This document shows, piece by piece, positions 51,841 to 60,960 of a DNA stretch of 64,000 bases. Each line of letters begins with the position of its first letter. Position 1 is the stretch's first letter. The DNA is from Candidatus Latescibacterota bacterium (GTDB taxonomy: Bacteria > Latescibacterota > UBA2968 > UBA8231), in the NCBI GenBank assembly GCA_965204725.1, contig OZ242005.1:1728001-1792000 (forward strand), in the 5' to 3' direction. Position numbers and translations under genes: made by a program. Under the pieces are notes generated by a model, which had not been told where the DNA came from, did no database searches, and was given only the letters and a program-made list of their open reading frames with translations.

Positions 51841-52701
51841 CTACCCCCGGAGCAGCGGCTCAATATGGTCTTTGGCGCGCAACAAGCCTTCCTGTTGCAA
51901 CTCGGGGGTCTGCCAGAAGTAGTGGTCTTCGAGTTCCACCGAGAGCACGCCGTCGTAGCCCGCATCCTCGAGCCGGCGTATTACAAAGTTCCAATCCACT
52001 TCGCCCTCCCCGGGAATGGTATAGCGCCACCAGCCCTCGCCGCACACGTAAGTCGAGCTATACGCCTCGCCCAAGTTGCCGGATTCGTAGAGCTTTTCCG
52101 GCATGATCTCAGTGTCCTTGAGATGGACGTGCCGTACGCGGTCGCCAAACTCGTGCAAGAGCCGCTGATAGTCTATCTGCAAGCGCACGAAGTGCGATGG
52201 ATCGTAACATATACCCAGCCGCGGCGACGGGCACGCCGCAAAAATCAAGCGCAGGCTCTCGGGCGAGCAGCCCAGATTGGGATAGTGGGGCCGACCGCCC
52301 GGCCACGGTTCAATGGCGATGTTGACGCCCACCTTCTCGGCGTGCGCCACGACCCGGGGATAGACCTTGGCAAAGATCTCAAAGGTCTCGGCTTTGGACA
52401 TGCTTGGGTCGTCTGGGGCGAGCACCGTAAAGAGCGTGTGGCCGCCGTGCCGGGCGATCGCGCTCAAGCTCTTCTTTATTTCGCTCAAGCCCTTGCGGCG
52501 CTGGGCCGCGTCGCGGGTGAGGACTTGGCCGCTGCCGTCGGCCGTGCCGAGGGCCAAGCCTAGTTGCTCGCAGGTGCGGGCGATCGGGCGCGTCAAGGGC
52601 GGGGTATCGACCGCGCCAAAACCGTTTTCGGCCAACCACGCGGCATAGGCGTCAAAGCCGATCGAACGGGAAAATGGGGGCATGCGAGTGCCGATTTTCA
52701 T
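51841..52701 (-). CDS. Sugar phosphate isomerase/epimerase (TIM barrel)
   Basis: YDPSH, HVHLKDTE, PGEGEVDW, SVELED. Confidence 0.87.
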   Translation of the reverse strand: MKIGTRMPPFSRSIGFDAYAAWLAENGFGAVDTPPLTRPIARTCEQLGLALGTADGSGQVLTRDAAQRRKGLSEIKKSLSAIARHGGHTLFTVLAPDDPSMSKAETFEIFAKVYPRVVAHAEKVGVNIAIEPWPGGRPHYPNLGCSPESLRLIFAACPSPRLGICYDPSHFVRLQIDYQRLLHEFGDRVRHVHLKDTEIMPEKLYESGNLGEAYSSTYVCGEGWWRYTIPGEGEVDWNFVIRRLEDAGYDGVLSVELEDHYFWQTPELQQEGLLRAKDHIEPLLRG

Positions 52702-52723
52702 GGGGTTCCCTTCTCTATTGGGG

Positions 52724-52945
52724 TTAGTTCAGCACCTTCATGAGGATGGTTATTTGCAAGCCGACAATGCCGAACAGGATGCCAACAATCCAGCGGTGGC
52801 TTGCTCGAAGTTCAGCGCGAAGCTCGGCTACGGCTCGCTCAAGCGAGTCCAAGCGGCGATCTAACTGCTCGGCAATCCCTTCCCCTTCTAACCGTCCAAT
52901 GCGGCGGTCGTGGTCTTGCGCTTGGGTTAGGGTGTGTTCGGTCAT
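52724..52945 (-). CDS. Small coiled-coil protein with C-terminal TM
   Basis: RIGRLEG..LDRRLDSLERAVAELRAEL..RWIVGILFG; GGAGG RBS. Confidence 0.75.
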   Translation of the reverse strand: MTEHTLTQAQDHDRRIGRLEGEGIAEQLDRRLDSLERAVAELRAELRASHRWIVGILFGIVGLQITILMKVLN

Positions 52946-53035
52946 GATTCCTCCGTTGGTTGTGGCTGGGATTTTCAAGGACCGGCTGAAATGTCGGGTT
53001 TTCGCACGGCGGTTGCAATTAAGAGAGGATCGAGA

Positions 53036-54190
53036 TTAAGCCGGGGCACGGCCCTGCTTGGCTGGATCGACCCACTGGGTCACTACCAGCGAGACCAGAG
53101 CGAGGAGCGCGCCGCTGATAAAAATGACCTCGTAGCCAAAGAAGAGCCAAGCATACCCGCCGACTAGGGGCGCGGCCACGGCCGCCACGTGGTTCATGGT
53201 CACCCCCATGGAGAGGGTGGGTTTGAGTTCGTCGGGGGGCGCGATCTTGTGCGCGTAGGTAGTAAGCGCGATCCCGCCGAAGAAGATGAGGTTGTCGAGG
53301 CAATAGAGCGCGTATAGGCTCGGCCGGTGCTCCACAAACGCATAGCCCAAAAAGACGAATACCAACACGCTGTAACTGAGCGTGAGCATCCGCCGCTCGC
53401 CAAAGCGATCGACCAAGCGGCCCATCCACGCAGCCGTCAAGGTAATCAGCACTTGGTTGATCAGCACCAAGACCATGGTCGTCTCCACCGGCATCCCGTG
53501 TACTTTGACGAGGGCAAAAATGGCAAAGGTGATGAACATCTGCTTGCGCAGACCTTGGAGGAAATTCAGGGCGTAGTAGAGCAAATAGCACCGCTTGAGC
53601 ACCCAGCGCTTCTCGCCAGCGGGCGCGTCCTTGGTATCGGCCCAAAGCAGGGCCAAGCCACCCGCGGCCGTACACACCCCGGCCAAGACAAAGACCCCCT
53701 CGTAGCGCAAAAACTCCAGCCCCAGCATGCACCCGCCAATGGCCGCTAGCCACGCCAAGCTGCCGATGCTGCGCAACTGCCCCAACCAGCGGCCCTTGTC
53801 TGCGGTGGGGCCGTAAGTTAGGCCCATGCTCTGCTCAAGCGGGAGCCAGCAGTGAAAGCCCAAGCTCCACACCAGCGAGAACGAGGCCAACATAAAGACC
53901 GAGGACACCTCTGAGTATGCGGCCAGCCCGACGCCCATCACCACCAGCGCAACGGCGGCGACCTTCGGCGGGGTGCAGCGGATGATCAGCACTAAAAAGA
54001 ACGCGTTGAGAAAACCCGGGACTTCGCGCAGAGCCTCGACGTAGCCCAATTCGTGCGGCTCAATGCCCAACCGCTCGACGACGAAGTTGTTGAACAGGGT
54101 CAGCTGCACCCCGAAGAACACCCCCGTCCCGGCCACGGCCACGGCCAAGAGCGCGAAGTTTTTATTCCATTCTGCAAAAGGATTGGTGAT
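53036..54190 (-). CDS. MFS transporter (start uncertain; TTG 54148 or ATC 54190)
   Basis: ~12 TMs, GRLVDRFGER motif. Confidence 0.85.
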   Translation of the reverse strand: MTNPFAEWNKNFALLAVAVAGTGVFFGVQLTLFNNFVVERLGIEPHELGYVEALREVPGFLNAFFLVLIIRCTPPKVAAVALVVMGVGLAAYSEVSSVFMLASFSLVWSLGFHCWLPLEQSMGLTYGPTADKGRWLGQLRSIGSLAWLAAIGGCMLGLEFLRYEGVFVLAGVCTAAGGLALLWADTKDAPAGEKRWVLKRCYLLYYALNFLQGLRKQMFITFAIFALVKVHGMPVETTMVLVLINQVLITLTAAWMGRLVDRFGERRMLTLSYSVLVFVFLGYAFVEHRPSLYALYCLDNLIFFGGIALTTYAHKIAPPDELKPTLSMGVTMNHVAAVAAPLVGGYAWLFFGYEVIFISGALLALVSLVVTQWVDPAKQGRAPA

Positions 54191-54308
54191 GACCGCCCCC
54201 TTGTTGATGTGAATTTGAGTGTGCTTTGCCGTCTTATCCAGCTACTTGACGCACCGCGAGGCAGCCGTTAAGCTACCGGCCCCAACCCACGCAAAGGAGA
54301 TTGTTACC

Positions 54309-55052
54309 ATGGCCGACGAACGCGTCTTTATTGGCGACCTGACCCGCAAGGAATTCCGCGAGCGCATCCACGCTGGTACGATCCAAGCCGCCATTGTGCC
54401 CACCGCCGCAACCGAGCAGCACAACGAACACCTGCACATGATCCACGACACCTTCCACGCCAGCTATATGGCCGAACACGCGGCCAAAAAGCTCCTGCCC
54501 CGAGTGGTCGTAGCGACCCCCGTGAGCATCGGCGTTTCCGAGCACTGGATGGAGCACATCGGCACTCTGACCGTGCGGCCAGAAGTTTTCTGCGAATACG
54601 TCTTCGATGTCTGCCATTCGCTCGTGCGGGCCGGCCTTGAGAATATCTTGGTGCTCAACGGCCACGGCGGCAACGTCAAACCCATGATGCGCCGCCTCGA
54701 CGAATACCGCGAAAAACTCGGAGTCAACCTCCGCTTCCAGTCCTATTGGGACGTATATGATCCCGACTTGGTGCAGCAATACATGGAACGAGGACGCCTG
54801 CCGGGGCATGCCGACGAATTCGAGACCTCGACCATGCTCTACCTCGCACCGGAACGCGTACAGCCAGAGGCCATCGACAACCCGGCGGCCGCCTTGGGCA
54901 CCCGCGCCAAGGGCGAGGCCCTCGTGGGACCGGCCGTGGACGGCGTCGCCGCGCTGCTGGAGGACATGCTCGCCGGCGAAACAATTGACCTGCCGCCAGT
55001 GACCTTCCATCCAGAGGGCAAGCGCAACCTCGTCACCGGCGAGCCGGTTTGA
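54309..55052 (+). CDS. Creatininase family protein
   Basis: ATEQH..HL..D, NGHGGN, GHADEFETS. Confidence 0.9.
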   Translation: MADERVFIGDLTRKEFRERIHAGTIQAAIVPTAATEQHNEHLHMIHDTFHASYMAEHAAKKLLPRVVVATPVSIGVSEHWMEHIGTLTVRPEVFCEYVFDVCHSLVRAGLENILVLNGHGGNVKPMMRRLDEYREKLGVNLRFQSYWDVYDPDLVQQYMERGRLPGHADEFETSTMLYLAPERVQPEAIDNPAAALGTRAKGEALVGPAVDGVAALLEDMLAGETIDLPPVTFHPEGKRNLVTGEPV

Positions 55053-56082
55053 GCACGACGCCGAGGGCCTCGGCCGGCGACTCGACGAGCACATCTACGG
55101 CCGCGGCAATGTCCTCGAGCGCAAACTCATGGGTATAGAGCGGTTGGACGCAGAGCTTGCCGGCCGCCATGGCGCGCAGGCACTCGGCTAGGTTCCGCTG
55201 GGTCGGCCACTCGACGAACACCTCGGGATACGCTGAGCCGCGCTCGTAGGCGGGATCGTGATAGCCGGGGCCGGTGCGCGCCGCACTCCGCACATCCACG
55301 TTGCCCAGCGCGGCCCCAAAGCCGTGCGCGACCCGCGCTCCGCCCACGAGGACGACGCGCCCCATGCGATGCGTATCCGGCGCTTGCTTTAGGCTCTGGT
55401 AAATGGCGGCAAACGCCTCGCTGGCCTCGCCGCCAAAGGCAACGACGCCAAAATCCATGCCATACCCTCGGGTGAACTCGCCGGCCCGCTCGACCACGTC
55501 CTCGCCGGCCGGATCGACTACGCCCTCAACGCCCACCTGCCGGGCGATGGCTCGCCGGCGCGCCCAGCGATCGACCCCCAAGACGTGGCAGCCGCTTAGC
55601 TGGGCGAATTGGGCCGTGAATTGACCCACCAAACCCAAGCCGACGACGATCCCGTTTTCTCCGTACAAAGGGGCTGTGCGGCGCACGGCGTGTAATCCGG
55701 TCGCCGCCAGATGCACGGACGCGGCCTCGGCAAAGCCAACGCCCGTGGGGATGGCCGCGCACAAATTCTGCGGCACACAGGCCCAATCGGCGTGCAAGGC
55801 GTATCCGCCCCCCATGCAGGCCACGCCCTGCCCCACCTCGAATTGCTCTACGCTCGCTCCTATTTCCTCGACGATGCCGGCGTTGCTGTAGCCAAAAGGA
55901 CGCGGGGGCCTGTTGGGTTGGGGATTTTCCCGCATGGCCCCCACCCGCCCCAGTTCGCTCCCCGGGCTGATCAACGAAGCCTCCACCCGGACCTTTACCT
56001 CCCCGGGGCCGAGTGCGGGCATGGCTTCCTCTAGACAGACCCCTTGACCGCGGCCGTCAATAGCGGCGACTTTCCGCTGCAT
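55033..56082 (-). CDS. Zinc-type alcohol dehydrogenase-like (MDR) oxidoreductase
   Basis: SLISPGSE, GYSNAG, VGLGLVG; AAGGAGG RBS. Confidence 0.85.
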   Translation of the reverse strand: MQRKVAAIDGRGQGVCLEEAMPALGPGEVKVRVEASLISPGSELGRVGAMRENPQPNRPPRPFGYSNAGIVEEIGASVEQFEVGQGVACMGGGYALHADWACVPQNLCAAIPTGVGFAEAASVHLAATGLHAVRRTAPLYGENGIVVGLGLVGQFTAQFAQLSGCHVLGVDRWARRRAIARQVGVEGVVDPAGEDVVERAGEFTRGYGMDFGVVAFGGEASEAFAAIYQSLKQAPDTHRMGRVVLVGGARVAHGFGAALGNVDVRSAARTGPGYHDPAYERGSAYPEVFVEWPTQRNLAECLRAMAAGKLCVQPLYTHEFALEDIAAAVDVLVESPAEALGVVLKPARR

Positions 56083-56188
56083 AAGCACCTCCTTGGCGTG
56101 CTGGTTGCGCCTCTACGAGCTGCTATATTACTTATTATATACTTTTCTATTATTATTCTTTTATGTCTATCGCACTATTCGAGGCCCT

Positions 56189-56962
56189 GTGAACGTCATC
56201 ATCGCCGCAGTTTTAGGAGGCATCCTCTTGGTTTGGGGCGGGTTTTGGGGCCTGCTCCGCATTGCGGATCCCTTCGAGCGCAAACACGTGTTGATCCTCG
56301 CCGCGTACACCACCGTCGTCGTCGGTTGTGTCATGGGCTTGGTGCTCTTTACCAATCACGAGCGGCAAAAGGAGCACCGCGCTCAGCTAGAGGAGCAAAT
56401 GGAGGACTTCTCCGCTCGCCTCTCCGAGCTGAGCACCCGGCTCATTGGCCAGCTAGAAGAAAAAGCCAATCTGACCGCCTCTGAATTTGAGATCCGCTCC
56501 CTGCTGCAAAACGAAAAGGATCACCACACGCGCACCCGCAACCAGCTAGCGAACCAAATCGATCGCAACAACGCGCTGCAAAACAAAATGGACACCGAGC
56601 GCAAGGAGCGGCTGCGCTACCAAGCCGACACCGACCGCCAGCTCAAAGAACGCTTCGAGCAGGAGGACGTGCGCTACCAAGACCTCGCCAATACCCACAA
56701 GCGTTCCTCAGCGGATGTGCAGGCGCGGCTCGATCAGTTCGACGGCCAGTTGACCCGCCTGCAAGAGCAAACGGCGGCCTTGCAGCGCAATCAGCAAGCG
56801 ATCATAGCCAAAATCGCCGCCGCCCGCGAGACCCAAACGCTTTCGGCCCAAACGCTCGATGCACTCGCCCGCAGCCTGAGCGCTCTGTCCAACGACTTCC
56901 ACCACACCATGGCACAAGTCGATAGCCTGTACAGTAGAACATCCCCAACGCCAACGCCTTAA
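56189..56962 (+). CDS. Two-TM membrane protein with long coiled coil
   Basis: Two hydrophobic helices followed by ~190 aa of heptads. Confidence 0.72.
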   Translation: MNVIIAAVLGGILLVWGGFWGLLRIADPFERKHVLILAAYTTVVVGCVMGLVLFTNHERQKEHRAQLEEQMEDFSARLSELSTRLIGQLEEKANLTASEFEIRSLLQNEKDHHTRTRNQLANQIDRNNALQNKMDTERKERLRYQADTDRQLKERFEQEDVRYQDLANTHKRSSADVQARLDQFDGQLTRLQEQTAALQRNQQAIIAKIAAARETQTLSAQTLDALARSLSALSNDFHHTMAQVDSLYSRTSPTPTP

Positions 56963-56972
56963 GGAGCCGATA

Positions 56973-57797
56973 ATGAAACGCACCCTCATCCCTTTCATCG
57001 CCCTAGTTCTCGCCTCCTGCACCGATAAGGAGCAAGAGATGCTCCTGCTCCAATTACAAAGCGACATGGGCCGGGCCAACGCCGCCATTGACTCGCTGAC
57101 GTACTCGCTCGACGACTCCAACCGCTTGCTCGACGACATGCGGGCCCAAGTTGACAGCACCCAACAGGTAAACGACAAGCTCCTCGAAAACGTGCAAAAG
57201 CTCAACAAGGAACTGCGGCATTGGAGCAAACTGGCCACCGAATACAAGGAGAGCAATGCGCGGTTAAAGGTCGAAATCGAGCAGCTAAGACAGGAAAAGC
57301 AAGCGGACCGCTACACCATTTCCCAACTGCGGGCCGAGACCGACCGCCTCAATGGCGAGCTGCTCGAAACCCACAGCAGCATCCGCCGCCAGAGCGACCA
57401 CATCCGTCGCTTAGAGCAGGAGTTGGCCCAGACCAAGGCCCAACTGGTCGCGGCGGAAGCCCAAATGGCCGTGCAAAATGCCGTGTTCCTCTACGCGGCC
57501 AACGAGCCGCAGCTCATAGAGCAGGGCTATCTCAGAACGCATCGCCCCTTTGGCAGCGGGTTCCGCAAGCAATACGAGTTGATTAAAAAGATCCGCCGCG
57601 ACAGCCCAGGCACTCAAGTCGCGCCCATCGGCCAAACCATCGCGCTAGCAGGCGAGGTCGAAGCCCTCGTCGATCACTACGGCAAGCTCAGGAAGGGGGA
57701 CGACTACGAAATGACGCACGGCGACGCCGGAGTGCAGGTCACGTTCCTCAACGAGTTGACCGGCGGCACGGGCGTCTTGGCGATACTCAAGGAATAG
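56973..57797 (+). CDS. Coiled-coil lipoprotein
   Basis: Lipobox LASC, long heptad region, small C-terminal beta domain; AAGGAG RBS. Confidence 0.75.
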   Translation: MKRTLIPFIALVLASCTDKEQEMLLLQLQSDMGRANAAIDSLTYSLDDSNRLLDDMRAQVDSTQQVNDKLLENVQKLNKELRHWSKLATEYKESNARLKVEIEQLRQEKQADRYTISQLRAETDRLNGELLETHSSIRRQSDHIRRLEQELAQTKAQLVAAEAQMAVQNAVFLYAANEPQLIEQGYLRTHRPFGSGFRKQYELIKKIRRDSPGTQVAPIGQTIALAGEVEALVDHYGKLRKGDDYEMTHGDAGVQVTFLNELTGGTGVLAILKE

Positions 57798-57800
57798 CTC

Positions 57801-58220
57801 TCACCAAGCGTGGACATAGACCGCCGAGCGCACCTTCTCCCCGGCTTGGTTGGTCGATAGCAGCGAGTCGGCAAACGTCGCGTGTTTGGCCAGCCTTTCG
57901 CGGCTACCCCCTTTGAGAAATAAATGCAAATTGGCTTCGGGCTCGGCCGCGAGACGGCGCACCATCCGGCGGAACTCCCACTCGCTCAAGGGGGTGTCGA
58001 TGGTGTAGCCATCGCTCGATAGGCCCACGCTCGCGCTCGTGTACAGCACGACCCGGTCGCCCGGCTGGGGGTCGTGGCGATGCACCCGCCAGACCGGTTG
58101 CGTCGCATTGAGAATCAGAATGCCCAAGCTCAACATCAGCATCATAATCCCCAAGAAGAGTTCCTTGCTAATATCGTGTTCTTCGAGCTCGGCGTCTTGG
58201 TGCTTGAGATAGCGGCTCAC
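57801..58220 (-). CDS. Single-TM protein, divergent ExbD/TolR-like
   Basis: One N-terminal TM; coupled downstream of the MotA/TolQ/ExbB gene. Confidence 0.55.
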   Translation of the reverse strand: MSRYLKHQDAELEEHDISKELFLGIMMLMLSLGILILNATQPVWRVHRHDPQPGDRVVLYTSASVGLSSDGYTIDTPLSEWEFRRMVRRLAAEPEANLHLFLKGGSRERLAKHATFADSLLSTNQAGEKVRSAVYVHAW

Positions 58221-59002
58221 AATCCTCTATTCCTCGCTCGAACCCAAGCGTCCTCCTGCCGGGCGAGCCGCTGGACCAAGTAGTCGGCGCTCTTGCGCAA
58301 CGGCAAGTAAGCCAAGAGGCCGACGAGCGTGGTCTTAAAGGCCAAGACCAAGCCCTCAGCCATGGCGCTGAGGGCCTTAAAGGTCTGGGTCGCCTCGTCA
58401 ATCTGACTCAATTCCTGCGCGGTCAGCAGGATGCCGCAGACCGTGCCCAAGTAGCCGTACAGGGGGATTCTCGCTAGACCGCGGCGCACATGGGTTAGCG
58501 GGTCCCCGAGAACGCCGACGAGTTCGTCCACCAACTCCTCGTCGCGGCTCTTGCGATCGCTGTAGTTGGCAAACTGACGCTGCAAGTCTGATAGCTGCTC
58601 CATTCGCCTGCGGCCCAAGGTATTAGGGCTAGTATCTCCGTGCTTCCCCCAAGCCCTTTCCTCGCGGCGAAGATGCAGGTTAATATGGGCCAAGCTCAAC
58701 AGATGGCCGCCAGCCGACCAAGCGATCAGCGCGTATGAGAGGCGGCCAATCCACGCAAAAGCACTGGCTGGCTGCGGATTGACGAAGAGGTAATAAGCGG
58801 CCAACGCCCCGACGATACCCCCGGTCAGCAAACCAATACTGCTGGCGAGGAACCTCAGGCGGGGCACGTTCAGGGAGTACTCTTGGTCGTGCTGGCGCAT
58901 GCGCCGGGCGCGGCGCAGGTGTAGCCAGCTAACGCTGACGCCGCTGGCCAGCACCAACAAAATGCTGCTGCCTAGTATTAACTCGTCGTTCAAGAGGTCC
59001 AT
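58217..59002 (-). CDS. MotA/TolQ/ExbB proton-channel family protein
   Basis: IPLYGYLGTVCGI...GLVLAFKTTLVGL. Confidence 0.82.
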   Translation of the reverse strand: MDLLNDELILGSSILLVLASGVSVSWLHLRRARRMRQHDQEYSLNVPRLRFLASSIGLLTGGIVGALAAYYLFVNPQPASAFAWIGRLSYALIAWSAGGHLLSLAHINLHLRREERAWGKHGDTSPNTLGRRRMEQLSDLQRQFANYSDRKSRDEELVDELVGVLGDPLTHVRRGLARIPLYGYLGTVCGILLTAQELSQIDEATQTFKALSAMAEGLVLAFKTTLVGLLAYLPLRKSADYLVQRLARQEDAWVRARNRGL

Positions 59003-60192
59003 CCCCGCGCCCAGAAGAGCTTCCACCACTGCCGACCGACCACCCCCAGATAGCCCAGCAGGCCGGTCGCAATCCCCCACAGTGCCCACGGCATGCTGCG
59101 GTCCGTGCGGGCGCTCCGCGCCGACGCTCGGGCACCACCCGATCCCGTAGTGCGCCCCTCGCCTTTGGTTGAACCGCGGGCGGCCGGCGGCTTGTAATCT
59201 CGACGGCGGTCTGCTTCCCCGCGCGCTGTGGGCTGCACGGCGCGCGGCGGCACGACGTGGGCGGTGCCCTTGAGGGCCTGCTTTTTTGGAAAAACCAACT
59301 CGCGGTGCGCGGCGGGCAGGGCCTCGGTCCAAGCGAGCAGTTTTTTCGCCGCGTCTATGCTTTCGACTTCGGCCAATTTGTCCGCTTTTCCCAAAGAAAA
59401 AGCCAACCGCCCGCGGATGAACCCCCGATAGAGCACGTCCGGGGTCGCGCTGCGGCGCGCTTGGAGCTTGCGGGCCAATTCGTCGCGTTGCTTTTGCAGA
59501 CGCACCAGACGGCTGACGACGGTATGCGTCTCCATCGGCTGGTCCTGCGCGGGGCTGGCCGCGCCGGTGAGCGGCCGACGCCGCGCCGCACGCGCCAACT
59601 GCCCGGCGTCAAAGCGAGCCTCTAATTCGACCTCGCCAAACAGCGTCGTGCCCCAGATGACTTCGGCCCCGGGAATATCGGGCAAGCTGTGGTTGTAAAA
59701 ACGCGGCTCGGCCCGCCGGCCGGCCACCCTCCAGCGGCCAGCGCCGGTGACCAGCACCCGGCGCAAGCGGCCGCGGCTGTCTTGCAGGTACAGACCGGCC
59801 ATAAAGCCGCTCTCGACTCGGTCGGTGTCCCAGCAATGGGCGCGGAGGACATTGGACTTGCGCAGGTACACAACGGGAATTTCGACTCGGGTCGGGGTCA
59901 AGCGCGTTTCCCCGATCCGGTGCCCATTGAGGAACAGCTCGGCTTCGTCGTCCGCCCAGAACATCAGTACTAGCTTGGAATTGGCTGGCAATATCCGGCT
60001 ATTTCCCTTCCGCTTGGCCAATTCGCGCAGCTTGTCCCCCCCGTAGAGGCGGACCAAGGTGTCGATGCTGGCGGACACTTGGTTGTACTCGCGCCGGAGT
60101 GCCACCACGTCGTCGGCAGCAGCGGCCACAGCCCAGCCGACCCCGCACACCACCCAAGCCAACCAACGCCCCCATCGCGCATAGCCGCTCAT
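58990..60192 (-). CDS. Exported protein with beta-sandwich (carbohydrate-binding-like) domain and C-terminal TM
   Basis: Signal peptide; ADDEAELFLNG..IG..NVL motif; C-terminal hydrophobic helix. Confidence 0.6.
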   Translation of the reverse strand: MSGYARWGRWLAWVVCGVGWAVAAAADDVVALRREYNQVSASIDTLVRLYGGDKLRELAKRKGNSRILPANSKLVLMFWADDEAELFLNGHRIGETRLTPTRVEIPVVYLRKSNVLRAHCWDTDRVESGFMAGLYLQDSRGRLRRVLVTGAGRWRVAGRRAEPRFYNHSLPDIPGAEVIWGTTLFGEVELEARFDAGQLARAARRRPLTGAASPAQDQPMETHTVVSRLVRLQKQRDELARKLQARRSATPDVLYRGFIRGRLAFSLGKADKLAEVESIDAAKKLLAWTEALPAAHRELVFPKKQALKGTAHVVPPRAVQPTARGEADRRRDYKPPAARGSTKGEGRTTGSGGARASARSARTDRSMPWALWGIATGLLGYLGVVGRQWWKLFWARGWTS

Positions 60193-60959
60193 ATATTGGA
60201 CTTGGATTGCCCCCCATCGACATTGATGCAGGCACCGGTCACCCATTTTGCCCGGTCGGACGCCAAGAAGGCCACTACATCGGCGACCTCCTCCGGGGTG
60301 CCAAAGCGCCCAAAGGGTAGGTTGGCATCGACAAAGGCTTGGATTTGCGCTGGATTTTCCTTCATCCGCCGCTCCCAGCTCCCCCCGGGAAAGAGAATGG
60401 AACCCGGGGCCACAGTATTGACGCGGATGTTCTTTTTCGCCGCTTCAATCGCCAAATTGGCCCCTAAGCTGATCAGCGCGGCCTTGGCGGCATTATAGGT
60501 GGTAGGCCCCCCGGTTTCGCGGCCAAAAATCGAGGCGATGTGGACGATGCTGCCGCCCCCGCGCGCTTCGAGCAAGGGAATCGCCGCCCGGCTCACCCGC
60601 ACCGCCGAAAGAAAGCTCAAGTTGATGCTGTCGTTCCACTCGGCATCGTCAATCTCGACAAAGGGGGTCCACTTGGCCCCGCCGACATTGTTTACGAGAA
60701 TGTCGAGCCCACCAAAGCGATGGTTCGCCGCCTCCACCACGGCGATCGCGCCCTCCGGCGTCGTCACATCTTGTGTGGTGGCCTCTACTTCGGCACCGCG
60801 CTCGGCTAAGTCGGCGGCCGCTTCCGCCAGCGCGTCCGCGCCGCGAGCACAGATGCAAACCCGAGCGCCCTCGGCGGCCAAGGCCGCGGCAATGCGCTTG
60901 CCAATGCCGCGGCTAGCCCCCGTAACCAAGGCGACTTTGTCTTTGAGTCCCAGATCCAA
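60189..60959 (-). CDS. SDR family oxidoreductase
   Basis: TGASRGIG, NNVG, YNAAK, VDGG. Confidence 0.93.
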   Translation of the reverse strand: MDLGLKDKVALVTGASRGIGKRIAAALAAEGARVCICARGADALAEAAADLAERGAEVEATTQDVTTPEGAIAVVEAANHRFGGLDILVNNVGGAKWTPFVEIDDAEWNDSINLSFLSAVRVSRAAIPLLEARGGGSIVHIASIFGRETGGPTTYNAAKAALISLGANLAIEAAKKNIRVNTVAPGSILFPGGSWERRMKENPAQIQAFVDANLPFGRFGTPEEVADVVAFLASDRAKWVTGACINVDGGQSKSNI

Positions 60960-60960
60960 A

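Noticed and set aside
57801-59002. Zorya ZorAB defence system
   Set aside because: No long ZorA tail, no OmpA-like ZorB domain, and no zorC/D/E neighbours.
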